Below are positions 8,751-17,993 of a stretch of DNA of 38,711 nt, piece by piece. Position numbers and translations under genes: made by a program. Source of the DNA: a virus (taxonomy: Duplodnaviria; Caudoviricetes); the IMG/VR virus record IMGVR_UViG_3300035661_004715, positions 1-38,711 of that record, one strand, 5' to 3'. The notes under the pieces are model-generated. The model did not search any database, had not been told where the DNA came from, and saw only the letters and a list, made by a program, of their open reading frames with translations. Numbering within the stretch: the first letter of the stretch is position 1; the number at the start of each line of letters is the position of its first letter.

Positions 8751-9101
8751 TTACGGATTCCACACAAGACCGGCCGCAGCGAGTAGCCGACGGGCCTCGG
8801 TGAGCTGTTTGGTAAGGCCCGCGATCTGGTCACGCTCCTTGCGTGCCAGCATGTCCCACATCTCTCCGCAGGTTGTGCACCGACCGGAAGGATGAATGCA
8901 GTCTCGACGCGTCCGCACTTTCAAGTACGCGTAGATGCCGCCCTGCTCCGGGTACGCCTCCTGGTATTTCGCGACGTGATAGTTGATGGTCGAATGGTCG
9001 ACCCCAAACCGTCTGGCTAGAGACGCCTGGCTCTCGCCATCGTTAAAGGCAACAACAATCTCGGTGATTTCAGTGCCCGAGAGGTGCCGGAAGTGCCTCA
9101 T
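8751..9101 (-). CDS. HTH protein with Cys cluster and coiled coil
   Basis: GESQASLARRFGVDHSTI; C.H..C..C. Confidence 0.7.
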   Translation of the reverse strand: MRHFRHLSGTEITEIVVAFNDGESQASLARRFGVDHSTINYHVAKYQEAYPEQGGIYAYLKVRTRRDCIHPSGRCTTCGEMWDMLARKERDQIAGLTKQLTEARRLLAAAGLVWNP

Positions 9102-9107
9102 AGTTCG

Positions 9108-10166
9108 CTATGATAGGTATGAAATATTGAACTCGTAGGAGGAGCCGGTGACGCCGGCCGTGCCAGCAACGCCCGGCGCGCCGGTGCCACTGCCCGGAGA
9201 CGCAGCACCTCCAAGCCCGCCTGTAAGTGTGTATGCTCCGGTCCAGGTTTTCACGCCGTAGATCACGATGGCCAGGCCGCCGTTGCCGCCCGCGCCCCCG
9301 CCGTTGCCGCCTAGGTTGCCGCTTCCCGTGATCCCGCCGGCAGCCCCCCCAACACCGCCGATGCTCTTGATGGTGAACGTGCCCGCCCAGATGCGCGCCG
9401 CGATCCACACGATGCCGCCACTCGCTGCGCCACCGCCTGCTCCGCCCGTCGTGCCCGAGGCGCTGTTGTCGCCGCCGTTCGCGCCGCCGGTAGCTTCCGT
9501 GTGCGGGATTGTCAGTGAGGTCAGCGTGCCGTCAGACAGCCTCTGGGCCATGACGAGCATGACCAACGACCGGATGTGCTTCCAACTTTCTGCCGGTGCC
9601 GTGAGGGTACCCACCGAGCCAGGGCTACCAGCGACGTTTGCGCCGCCACCACTTCCGCCCGTACCCCCTTGAGAGCCGGCGCTGCCAAGTCCGGTGTAAG
9701 AACCGGCCGCCACTCCGGAATCGCCGGAGCCGGTGCCGCCACTGACACTGTTGTTGTGTCCGCCGCGCGTACCGCCTCGATTCTTGAAGACTCCTGACCC
9801 GCTTTGCACCGCGCCCGGGCCGCCGCCAGAGCCGATGCCTCCCGAGGTCGTTCCCGCGCCTCCCGGATTGGGCACGCCCCAATCAATGATTCCCGCGCCT
9901 GAGATCTGTTCGCTGACATAGATGCGGAACCCGTCGGTCGTTAGCGTGCTGCTGACCACGAGATTGCGGTAGTACATGTCCCGCGTGAGCGTGGTCGGAA
10001 CCGAGATAGTGACGTCGCCGTCGCTTCCGTCGCCGAAGCCACCCATCAAAGAGCCCGACAACTTGCCGCGGGCATCCATGCGGACGCCCTTCCCGCTGTC
10101 TGCGGAACCGGCGGAATCTCCTACAAAGTCGGAAGCATTGATCGGCTGGCCTGTGACAATGGACAT
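9108..10166 (-). CDS. Gly-rich tail fibre / receptor-binding protein
   Basis: FGDGSDGDVTI motif; extensive GGxGG repeats; position after the tail genes. Confidence 0.7.
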   Translation of the reverse strand: MSIVTGQPINASDFVGDSAGSADSGKGVRMDARGKLSGSLMGGFGDGSDGDVTISVPTTLTRDMYYRNLVVSSTLTTDGFRIYVSEQISGAGIIDWGVPNPGGAGTTSGGIGSGGGPGAVQSGSGVFKNRGGTRGGHNNSVSGGTGSGDSGVAAGSYTGLGSAGSQGGTGGSGGGANVAGSPGSVGTLTAPAESWKHIRSLVMLVMAQRLSDGTLTSLTIPHTEATGGANGGDNSASGTTGGAGGGAASGGIVWIAARIWAGTFTIKSIGGVGGAAGGITGSGNLGGNGGGAGGNGGLAIVIYGVKTWTGAYTLTGGLGGAASPGSGTGAPGVAGTAGVTGSSYEFNISYLS

Positions 10167-10169
10167 ACG

Positions 10170-10655
10170 TTAGCCAGTTAGGGTGAGCGAGTAAGTGAAC
10201 AGCGTGTCCTCACCGCTCGCCTTCGTGTAGTTCGGGCTGATGAGGATGCGCGCCAGCAAGCGCAGCGTGGCGAACAGCCCGAACTCCTTATAGGTCCCGT
10301 TCGGCAGGCTGGCGTCTGGTACGAAGACATCGACGACGAGCTGATTGTTCGTCACCGTCATGTTCGTGATCGACAGGCCGGATGCCACCGAAGTGACGAG
10401 ACCAGTGTCAGCATCGGCCGCTGCGGTCGCGCCCGTGCCCACAGCCGCACTGTTGATCGCGATGGGATAGGTCACCTCCCCCGCCATGGCGCGGAGCACG
10501 AGGTTCCGGCCGTAGCCTGAAGAGCTCACAAACTTGTTGGGGAACGGCCCCACCTCGCGGACTACCTGGCCGTCCTTGAAGGTCTTGATCGCCAGCGTCC
10601 CGCCGATGCGGGCATCATCGGCCAATTCCCTTGTTTGGACATGAGCGCATTTCAT
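10170..10655 (-). CDS. Tail/baseplate structural protein (tail-collar fibre-like)
   Basis: AVGTG...DTGL, EFGLF, L.ARI and K..EDTL..Y motifs; start re-called at 10655. Confidence 0.6.
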   Translation of the reverse strand: MKCAHVQTRELADDARIGGTLAIKTFKDGQVVREVGPFPNKFVSSSGYGRNLVLRAMAGEVTYPIAINSAAVGTGATAAADADTGLVTSVASGLSITNMTVTNNQLVVDVFVPDASLPNGTYKEFGLFATLRLLARILISPNYTKASGEDTLFTYSLTLTG

Positions 10656-10668
10656 ACGTCCAATAATA

Positions 10669-12084
10669 TCATGCCCAAGTCGCATATCCCCATCGCGGGG
10701 TATCCCAAACGTAAGGGGGAGAAGTGTGCGTTGGCGCTCCAAGTGAATCGGATGCGGCGGCAGTGTCTGTGAGCGGTATATAGTTTAGAATCGTCTCTTG
10801 ATCATCCACGATGACCTCGCGGCTGCGAATCTGGTTCTGAAGATACTCGATTATGCCGATGCTCTTCATCGTCGCGAAGCGCACGGTGTATTCCAGAGCG
10901 TCACCGAGCGGGTCACGCATAGTGGCTGTGACGGCCTGAATAAGCACGTCGATCGTCTTGCTGCGCTGCGTGGAGTTGATCGAGAGGATTTGACCGGATC
11001 GCAGCCCATCCGTGTAGGTACGGAACGAGCCCTCGTAGACCTGGCTGCTCTTATTCGACAGCTCCGCTATCGCCCGCGCGATAGCCTCGTCCTGTGAGGC
11101 AATGCTCTTGTCCGTGATCGCGAACTCGTAGGTGCCGAACAGCGCCTGCGACGCCGGGGCCGGGACCTTCACGACAATCGGGTATTTGTAGTAGCCGGTG
11201 ACATCGACGTTGCGCGTGCCGGCCGCCGGGAAATGACCAGCCGTGAAGCGAATGTACTTCTCGTTGTAGTTCCACAGACAGTCGAAGGATGCGTCGTCGT
11301 TCAGGTACTCCACGCCAACGGTCTTGGCGACGCCCCCTACGGTGACGGTGGGCTCGGATGCGAACTTGTTGCCCAGCCGGAAGACGTCGATCGTTCCGTC
11401 GCCGTCGAACTCCTCGGTGCGCGTGGTTGAAGAGGTCACCTCGCCACCCTGCACCAGGACGCTGTTGCAAATCTGGGTAAGGTCCTCGGTGATCTCCAAG
11501 CTGTCGTAGATGTAGTTCTGCGAACTGTCTGAGAGGCTGAAAGGAGCCGCCTCGCTGTTCCTGGCGAAGAAGTGAATGTCCTTGGCGTAGTCCACGTACC
11601 AGACGTGGCTGGTCGCATCGGCGAGCTTCTGGAGGCAATCCGCGACGCTAAGGCGGTTGAATGAGATGCTCTCGATAGGGAACGTGCTCGTCGTGCTCAC
11701 GCGGGTTATCCCATCGGTCGCCGCTGTGTAGTTCGTCACCAGATCAGCGACGATGGCTGCGATGGTGGTGTTCGTGTACCGCTCGGTCACGAGCTGCCGT
11801 TTGAGGTACTGGGAATAGTCGGCGCACTCGACCTCGTACTCGACGATTTTCGCGGCCTCCACATTCTCGGTGATGCGGAGGATCACCCCTCCGAAGATGA
11901 CCGCTGAATTGCGCGTTACGATCACCGCGTTTCCTATAGCTGGCGCGTAGGTGTCAGCCCCCGTACGGCGCGTCTTGAACGAGCAGTTGTCTACCTGCTG
12001 ATTGAGGACATCCCGCTTGCGGAAAGAGCCTACGACGATCTTGCTCGTCCGGTCGGTGCCCGCGATGCTGACGACGAAGCTCAT
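10669..12084 (-). CDS. Minor tail / tail-tip hub protein
   Basis: Directly after the tape measure gene; IFGG.I, WYVDY.KDIHFF and N.VLV.GG motifs. Confidence 0.7.
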   Translation of the reverse strand: MSFVVSIAGTDRTSKIVVGSFRKRDVLNQQVDNCSFKTRRTGADTYAPAIGNAVIVTRNSAVIFGGVILRITENVEAAKIVEYEVECADYSQYLKRQLVTERYTNTTIAAIVADLVTNYTAATDGITRVSTTSTFPIESISFNRLSVADCLQKLADATSHVWYVDYAKDIHFFARNSEAAPFSLSDSSQNYIYDSLEITEDLTQICNSVLVQGGEVTSSTTRTEEFDGDGTIDVFRLGNKFASEPTVTVGGVAKTVGVEYLNDDASFDCLWNYNEKYIRFTAGHFPAAGTRNVDVTGYYKYPIVVKVPAPASQALFGTYEFAITDKSIASQDEAIARAIAELSNKSSQVYEGSFRTYTDGLRSGQILSINSTQRSKTIDVLIQAVTATMRDPLGDALEYTVRFATMKSIGIIEYLQNQIRSREVIVDDQETILNYIPLTDTAAASDSLGAPTHTSPPYVWDTPRWGYATWA

Positions 12085-12085
12085 A

Positions 12086-13525
12086 CTAGAGAGCGCTGGA
12101 TAGCTTGAGGCGCGACATGATCATGTCGCCGATCTGCTCCGCGACGCTTTCGCTGAGGTAGGTGCCTCCGACGAGGTTGACGGTGCTGACCCCGCTGCTC
12201 ACTGGATTAGCGCGCCCGGCTAGGTCCGCGTTCGCGATAGCGCCAACATCGAAGCGGCCGAGATCCGCTCGTTTCAGTTCAGAGATGCTCGGTATGAGCT
12301 TGCCAACGCCTGGGACCTTCTGGGCCGCCGCGATGACGCTGTTGATCGCGCGGATGGCCGTGTTCACGCCGTTGATGATGAAGTTGATCATGCCCTCGAC
12401 GGTGCCGATCACCGCGTTGGCTGCGTCGGCCACGATCACTTTGATGCCGAGCCATACCTCCTGCCACGCGGCCTTGGTGAGGTAGCCCTGCGATACGAAA
12501 ATGGCGAGGATGGCGACCACAGCGCCGATGGCCAGCAGAAGAGGCGCTGAGATTGCCGTCACGGCCCCAAGGACGGTGCCCAGCGCGCCGAACATGATGA
12601 TGAGGCCAGGGAGGGCTATCGCGATAGGCAGGAGGACCGCCAGGACGGCTGCAAACGCCACAGCGCCTATGAGGAGTACGGTGGTTAGTTTGGGGTGTTC
12701 CTGAGCGAAGGCCGCCACCGCCTGCGTGATCTCGATAAGCTTCTCCACAAGCGGCTTGAGATAGGGCACGAGCTCGTTGCCGATGGCGCGCGAGGCAAGC
12801 GTCACCTGGTCCTTGAAGTTGCTCCACAGGCCGCCAAGCGATGCGGATTGCTTGTCCATGAGATTGAAGAAACGGCCGCCTTCCTCCGTTAGGCCGGTGA
12901 GCGCGACGCGTACGTCGTCGAAGCTAACGCCGCGATCTGAGACCATCTCCTGCACCGCGCCCGCTGTCGTATGGAAATGCTTCGCCAGCTCGTCGAGGAG
13001 CGGCACTCCGGCTTCGGTGAACTGACGGAGTTCAGCGCCAGTAAGGCGGGTCGCCGCCTTCACCTGGCCGAAGGCGAGGATGAGCTGAGGCAGTTTGTCC
13101 ATGCCGACGCCGGCCGAAATGTCCCCGAGCACCTTGAGCGTGGGAATGAGCTCGTCGGCGGTTGTCCCGTATGCCAGCAGCCGCTTGGATGCGTCCTCGA
13201 TCTGGGGAAGCTCGAACGGCGTCCTGGCGACGAACTGGGAGAGCTTGTTGAGGGTTTCCTGCCCCTTCTGGGCCGACCCGATCATGGTGGCGAATGCAAT
13301 CTGCGTCTGCTCGTACTTAGCGCCCGCTTCCACGACGCCCTTAGTCACCAGAGCGAGACTGCCAAACGCCACAACGCCGGCCGCGCCTACGCCCTTCATC
13401 GCTGAGGTCAGACCTTCGTTGCTCTTTTTGAGGCTATCGAGGTCGCCCTTGATCGCCGCGAAAGCGCCCTGAGCTCGGTTTTGGGCGTCAACGACTATCT
13501 GTAGTTTGGTCTCCTTAGTTGCCAC
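12086..13525 (-). CDS. Tape measure protein (short, 479 aa)
   Basis: TPFELPQI, LGDISAG, GQVKA, ELRQFTEAGVP and SNFKD motifs; long hydrophobic segment. Confidence 0.9.
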   Translation of the reverse strand: MATKETKLQIVVDAQNRAQGAFAAIKGDLDSLKKSNEGLTSAMKGVGAAGVVAFGSLALVTKGVVEAGAKYEQTQIAFATMIGSAQKGQETLNKLSQFVARTPFELPQIEDASKRLLAYGTTADELIPTLKVLGDISAGVGMDKLPQLILAFGQVKAATRLTGAELRQFTEAGVPLLDELAKHFHTTAGAVQEMVSDRGVSFDDVRVALTGLTEEGGRFFNLMDKQSASLGGLWSNFKDQVTLASRAIGNELVPYLKPLVEKLIEITQAVAAFAQEHPKLTTVLLIGAVAFAAVLAVLLPIAIALPGLIIMFGALGTVLGAVTAISAPLLLAIGAVVAILAIFVSQGYLTKAAWQEVWLGIKVIVADAANAVIGTVEGMINFIINGVNTAIRAINSVIAAAQKVPGVGKLIPSISELKRADLGRFDVGAIANADLAGRANPVSSGVSTVNLVGGTYLSESVAEQIGDMIMSRLKLSSAL

Positions 13526-13724
13526 GAGATTGGTGTTTAGCGGCTAGCTCCTGCTCCTTTCGATCCCGCCTCATCTTCTCGACGATGAGCTTGATCACAA
13601 AGGTCGGAGTGGCCATGTACTCTTCATATGTCCAGCCGAACTCCTGCATGAGAGCGACCATCTGCATGGCCGGATTCATCCGGCCCATGCTGTAGTTGCT
13701 GACGGCGTCGGCTATTTCTTTTTT
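13515..13724 (-). CDS. Tail assembly chaperone G-T extension (-1 frameshift product)
   Basis: A_AAA_AAG at 13718-13724; the -1 frame reads EIADAVSNYSMGRMNPAMQMVALMQEFGWTYEEYMATP...RGN*. Confidence 0.8.
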   Translation of the reverse strand, partial: KKEIADAVSNYSMGRMNPAMQMVALMQEFGWTYEEYMATPTFVIKLIVEKMRRDRKEQELAAKHQSRGN

Positions 13725-14032
13725 TTTGAAACGAGCTGGTCGAGAGCGTCCACGAGCTCGATAAAATCGTCGCTCGGTAGCTCAAGGCAGCGATCAAGGA
13801 TGTTCTCGGCGCTGCCATCCATCGCCACCACGATCTGCCGCACCATCTCCTGTTGAACCTCGAACTGCACTCCCGGATTGAACTCAGTGAACCGGGGCTG
13901 CTCTCCGACGACCTCTAGCTTCGTGCCCTTGAAGTATGCCTGCTGGATGGTGTTGGCTTCGCGGGCGGTAGCGTAGGATTTCACTTGGTACGCATGCGTC
14001 CCAATTGTCAGCTCATTGGTCTCTCGATCCAT
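13712..14032 (-). CDS. Tail assembly chaperone (gpG-like)
   Basis: Between tail tube and tape measure genes; ends SKKKK on a slippery A9G run. Confidence 0.8.
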   Translation of the reverse strand: MDRETNELTIGTHAYQVKSYATAREANTIQQAYFKGTKLEVVGEQPRFTEFNPGVQFEVQQEMVRQIVVAMDGSAENILDRCLELPSDDFIELVDALDQLVSKKKK

Positions 14033-14035
14033 ACA

Positions 14036-15010
14036 TTAGTAGCTAGTCTGGGTATTTATAAGCTCGGCCGTCATCATCGACGCATCGCTGACGCTGTAGA
14101 ATCCCTTGAACTCTACGGTGGCAGTGACGATGCCATCGTTCTCGTACTTGCGCTCGAAGCTGCTGAACTTGACCTTCGCAAGATCGAGAGTGAGCTGAGG
14201 GTTGAGCGACGTGCCGATGGTCACGTCCGTGTTCGTTAGGCGCAGGCGCATCGCCTTGGCGGTGTCTGCGAGCATCTCGGTCTTGAAGGTGTTGTCGTTG
14301 AAAACGAGCTCGATGCTGCCCTCTACGGCGAACTGCTTGTTGAGGATGTCAGCCGGATCGGTCGAGCCGAGCTTGCGGTCGTCCTCCACATTCTTGTTCA
14401 CCGACAGCTTGAAAGAACGGATTTCGATTGCTGTCGCAGCACCGAGGCCTGCGAGGTTCGTCGCCGTCTTGAGGCTGCCGTACTGCGGGAGGAAATGGTT
14501 CTCAGCCACGTAGGACGGAGTGACCGTTGCGGTCGCGCCGACCTTTGACCGGAAGGCCGCGCGGTAGGTCGCGTACTGTCCGAGCATGACCTCCAAGTCG
14601 AGGGTCTCAAGGACGGCAAGTGCGTATTTGTAGTCCTGGTTCGGGTCTTCGAGGAACAGCGTGAGGGATGGGTGTTGAGCCGATTGGAGCACCGAGAAGG
14701 CGTGCGTATAGACGGTCGTCTGGGCTGGCCCCGTCGTCGACACCGAGCCGAGGCTGGCAAGGAGGATCAGCCCGAAGCTCTTATCGAAGATGTGCCCTTC
14801 GATCTCGCCCTCGGCGAACTTGGCGATGACCGCCGCGCCTGGGGAATCTTCAATTACGCCGACGGTGCTCTCGTCGATGGCCTGGTTGATGCCGTCGTTG
14901 ATTGAGAGGGATGTCCTAGGGAGATAGAAGCTGGCGCTCGTCTCCGCCGTGCCGCGTACCGCCTCCTTTGCGATACCTATATCGGCCAATCGGCCGATGA
15001 ATTTCGTCAT
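14036..15010 (-). CDS. Major tail tube protein
   Basis: IGIAKE...GT, YTHAF and PSLTL motifs; position in the tail cluster. Confidence 0.8.
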   Translation of the reverse strand: MTKFIGRLADIGIAKEAVRGTAETSASFYLPRTSLSINDGINQAIDESTVGVIEDSPGAAVIAKFAEGEIEGHIFDKSFGLILLASLGSVSTTGPAQTTVYTHAFSVLQSAQHPSLTLFLEDPNQDYKYALAVLETLDLEVMLGQYATYRAAFRSKVGATATVTPSYVAENHFLPQYGSLKTATNLAGLGAATAIEIRSFKLSVNKNVEDDRKLGSTDPADILNKQFAVEGSIELVFNDNTFKTEMLADTAKAMRLRLTNTDVTIGTSLNPQLTLDLAKVKFSSFERKYENDGIVTATVEFKGFYSVSDASMMTAELINTQTSY

Positions 15011-15183
15011 ACCTCCTGTGTGTTACGGGCCTCTAATATGCGCTCCGCTTCCTCTCGGGTCGTAGCCCGAACAGAGATCGGAGGATTGTGCTTAGGGAAG
15101 AAGAAGGTCTGAGAGCGATCAGCTCTATCAGCGTCCATAGAACGGTCAGCGGAAGGAACTCGCTTCTTCGTCTCTTTGCTCAT
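15007..15183 (-). CDS. Small hypothetical protein
   Basis: Start re-called at MSKETK, 6 nt after TGcTATACT; ATGA overlap with the tube gene. Confidence 0.6.
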   Translation of the reverse strand: MSKETKKRVPSADRSMDADRADRSQTFFFPKHNPPISVRATTREEAERILEARNTQEV

Positions 15184-15212
15184 GCGAGAAGTATAGCACC
15201 CCGGATTCCACG

Positions 15213-15434
15213 TTATTCCGGGAAGGGACGGGGACAAGGCTTGAACCCGTCAAGCTCAAGACCCTCGGCGAGCCTCTCGTTCGGGTGCTCATAGCAGATG
15301 GCGAGTTCCCACTTGCCCTCCGACGTTTCTCTGACGCCGCTCCGGATCTTTGCCGAGCGCTCGTATATCGCGCGCGCGGCGTAGGCGTCGTCCTGGCTAG
15401 GGTATTCCTTGCACCAGCAGATTTCGGTCATCAC
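15213..15434 (-). CDS. Hypothetical protein inserted in the tail operon
   Basis: 73-aa ORF filling the gap, co-oriented. Confidence 0.45.
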   Translation of the reverse strand: MMTEICWCKEYPSQDDAYAARAIYERSAKIRSGVRETSEGKWELAICYEHPNERLAEGLELDGFKPCPRPFPE

Positions 15435-15442
15435 CGCCCCGG

Positions 15443-15880
15443 CTAAAATGTCAGCGTGACGTTCTGCTTAGCCTGAATCTGCACAACAGCCATGATGAGA
15501 TCCCTGCCGCCATGCTGGAATGGTTGCGGCGCGAGGGCCACCGGCAGAACGCCGCCCATGGCCGTGCCGGCGAGCGTCGGATCGTTGTCAAACACGTTCA
15601 GGATGGCTTCGATGTCATCCTCGACGGTCGTGGCGTCAGTTAGGTTCTCCGCGTTCCAGAGGACCATGATGTCGTATGTGTAGGTGCGCAGGTTCGTGCG
15701 GTTATCCAGCGCCTCGCTCTCTATGGCCGGCGGCATGAGAAACGCGTGGGGGAACGATGGTATGTCGGCACCCAAGGGGTCGCGCTTGATGTCCGTGATC
15801 GTCGCGCCCCCGAGCACCTGGCTTGTGACGAGCGTGTCGAGGTTCGCCTTTATGGCCTCCTTGATGGTGACTGCGCTCAT
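15443..15880 (-). CDS. Tail terminator / completion protein
   Basis: FPHAFL and DPTLAG motifs; position after the gp10-like gene. Confidence 0.65.
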   Translation of the reverse strand: MSAVTIKEAIKANLDTLVTSQVLGGATITDIKRDPLGADIPSFPHAFLMPPAIESEALDNRTNLRTYTYDIMVLWNAENLTDATTVEDDIEAILNVFDNDPTLAGTAMGGVLPVALAPQPFQHGGRDLIMAVVQIQAKQNVTLTF

Positions 15881-16278
15881 GCGGCAAGTTCGCGAACGAT
15901 GGCGTCCGCGGCGTCTTCAAACTGTTTGTTCACGTCGGGCGTAGCCGCCTCCGCGATGCGGTCCATGAATGGGTTTGGCCGGATGCCGCGCGAGGTACCT
16001 GAATAGACATAGGGGGCGTAGTTCGCGGTCGGACCGATCGACGCGCGAAGGCCGCTTGAGTCGAAATGGCGGCCATACGCGAAGGAGAGCGATAGGTAGC
16101 CGGTGCGCAGCCCGCGCGGCGTCTTGAACTGAAAATTGCGATCTACAGCTTGCTTCTCGATTTCAAAGACAGACGCCTTGGTCGCGGCCGAGAGGTATTT
16201 CAACGTCGTCGCTGGAGCCTTCGCGAAGTTCGCACGAAGGGCGTCGAGGTTCTCAATCGAAAGGCTGAGGGAGATCAT
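15877..16278 (-). CDS. HK97 gp10-like neck protein
   Basis: TP..RTGYL..S, YAPYVY.GT and PNPFM motifs; start re-called at MISLSL. Confidence 0.8.
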   Translation of the reverse strand: MISLSLSIENLDALRANFAKAPATTLKYLSAATKASVFEIEKQAVDRNFQFKTPRGLRTGYLSLSFAYGRHFDSSGLRASIGPTANYAPYVYSGTSRGIRPNPFMDRIAEAATPDVNKQFEDAADAIVRELAA

Positions 16279-17114
16279 AGGTAGTAGCCGCGTCGATAGT
16301 TGCGGATGGTCGCCAAATCCTCGTCCGTGAACACGTTCTTCGCCCACGTGATCGTGCTCTCCTGGAAACCCTCGCTGCTCTTCCCCTCGGATTCGCGTCG
16401 CTTGAAAATTCGGACGACCGCCTGCTCGCAAACCTCAACTATGTCGGCCGGAAGTGTGACATCACCCGCGTCGCTGAGAGCGGTCGCCAGATAGTCGATC
16501 GCGATGGTGCTGGTCGGTGCCCTTCCCGCTGCGAGCGTGAAGGTGGCGGTGCCTGGCGTGAAGGTCACGTTGACCGACGCTTCGCGAGGCCCATCCGCAT
16601 AGACGATCACCTGGTCGGCATTCTCGGGGAGCGTGAAGGTCAGATTCGAGCCGTTGACCAAGCCGCTTGGCGTGACGTTGAAATGCCAGAGAGAGGCGTT
16701 CCCGAGGGCGTATCCGCTGAACCCCGCCGTGTAGGTGATCCGGATGTTGCGCTTGCCGAGCGGCAGGCCGAAAGGGAAGTAGACGATGCCAGCCTCGGCG
16801 TCCGCGTCGTAGTCATTCTCGCTGTAGGCGGTCCATACCGGGTCGCTGTTGAGCCCTCCCTTGTACTCGATGCTCGCTATGGCCTGCACGGGTGCGTGCT
16901 TCGTCACGAGCATCGTGCGCCGGGTGCCGTACGTGTCCGAGCCGTCGTGTATCTCGTTCTCGTATTCCGCCAGCGTGAAGCGCCGGTTGGTCATCTGCTC
17001 GATGCGACCCGTGACCGCTAGAATAAGCCGATCTAGCAAGGCATCCCACGTCGTTACCGTGATCTGAAGGCGGTCCTTGATCCGCGTGTTAGTGGTTAGG
17101 GCGTCTTCGTACAT
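16275..17114 (-). CDS. Head-tail connector (gp6/gp15-like) with an inserted beta domain
   Basis: D.LL..LI.A....IE..TNRRF, NIRITYTAGF, LPADIVE and terminal I..YRR motifs. Confidence 0.75.
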   Translation of the reverse strand: MYEDALTTNTRIKDRLQITVTTWDALLDRLILAVTGRIEQMTNRRFTLAEYENEIHDGSDTYGTRRTMLVTKHAPVQAIASIEYKGGLNSDPVWTAYSENDYDADAEAGIVYFPFGLPLGKRNIRITYTAGFSGYALGNASLWHFNVTPSGLVNGSNLTFTLPENADQVIVYADGPREASVNVTFTPGTATFTLAAGRAPTSTIAIDYLATALSDAGDVTLPADIVEVCEQAVVRIFKRRESEGKSSEGFQESTITWAKNVFTDEDLATIRNYRRGYYL

Positions 17115-17137
17115 GCGGTGTGGTCATTATACCCACT

Positions 17138-17161
17138 GCACTCCCGAGCCTGCGGGAGTGC
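17138..17161. terminator. Hairpin after the capsid cassette
   Basis: GCACTCCCG/CGGGAGTGC stem; no clear U-tract. Confidence 0.5.
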
Positions 17162-17174
17162 TAGGGGACAACGA

Positions 17175-17567
17175 CTAGTCCTGGTTCACAGCGGCTCCGT
17201 AGGAATCTCCCATGAGGAGCTGCACCCCGAACGCGAAGGAAGGCGTGGTGCCTGCGATCGTGCCGAGTGCGCGGAGGTAGCGCTTGCGGGTGACGTTCAG
17301 CTCGGAGAGCCGAAGCACCTGTGAGCTGTTAGAGGCCGATACCTGGGTGAAGGTCGCGCCGCTGACGTCTGCCCACGAGCTGTTGTCGTCGCTCTCCTGA
17401 ATCTTGACGTTCAGGGTAGGCGTCGTGCCCGATACCGCACCTACTTCAAGTACGGCCACCGCATCGAAGTATCCTTGCGTATCTACGCCGGTGCCGGTGG
17501 CCGTAGCCGTCGCGGTAACTGGGCGGATCGTGAAGGATGACTTGATGCTGTCGAATAGCTTACGCAT
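17175..17567 (-). CDS. Capsid decoration / cement-like protein
   Basis: VKIQESDDNSSW.D and KRYLR motifs; downstream of the capsid gene. Confidence 0.65.
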   Translation of the reverse strand: MRKLFDSIKSSFTIRPVTATATATGTGVDTQGYFDAVAVLEVGAVSGTTPTLNVKIQESDDNSSWADVSGATFTQVSASNSSQVLRLSELNVTRKRYLRALGTIAGTTPSFAFGVQLLMGDSYGAAVNQD

Positions 17568-17576
17568 AGGCGTGAA

Positions 17577-17981
17577 TTATGAGTTGGTAATATCGCCCTC
17601 TGCTGCGTCAGGCTCCGGGGTCAGCTCATCCGCCTCCGGTTCGTCGCCTTCGGTCTCTGGAGCGTCAGGCTCCGGCTGCGCGTCTTCGTCAGCCGATCCA
17701 CCTGCCAGGTGCAGCGTGATGCGCTCCTGAAGGTCAGACTTGCTGCCGCCGGCTGAGAGACCGAGCTCCTTGGCCTTGGCCTTGAGCCGATCGAAGGACA
17801 TGTCCTCGATCGCGATCTCCTCGACCGGTGCCTCCAGCTCGTCCGCTGGCGATCCGTCTACCGGCGAAATGTCCGCTGGATCGAAGATCGCAGCTTCCTC
17901 GTCGGTGAGCTCGATCTCGCTGTTCTTCTCGACGCGGTCGCTCTTGATGGCGAGCGCGACGTTGGTTCGGTAAAGACCCAT
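17577..17981 (-). CDS. SAP-domain acidic protein
   Basis: MSFDRLKAKAKELGLSAGGSKSDLQERI. Confidence 0.75.
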   Translation of the reverse strand: MGLYRTNVALAIKSDRVEKNSEIELTDEEAAIFDPADISPVDGSPADELEAPVEEIAIEDMSFDRLKAKAKELGLSAGGSKSDLQERITLHLAGGSADEDAQPEPDAPETEGDEPEADELTPEPDAAEGDITNS

Positions 17982-17993
17982 AGAGCGCAGCGG

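Noticed and set aside
6138-10166. Possible diversity-generating retroelement target in the fibre genes
   Set aside because: No reverse transcriptase and no near-identical template/variable repeat pair seen; the repeats are at protein level only
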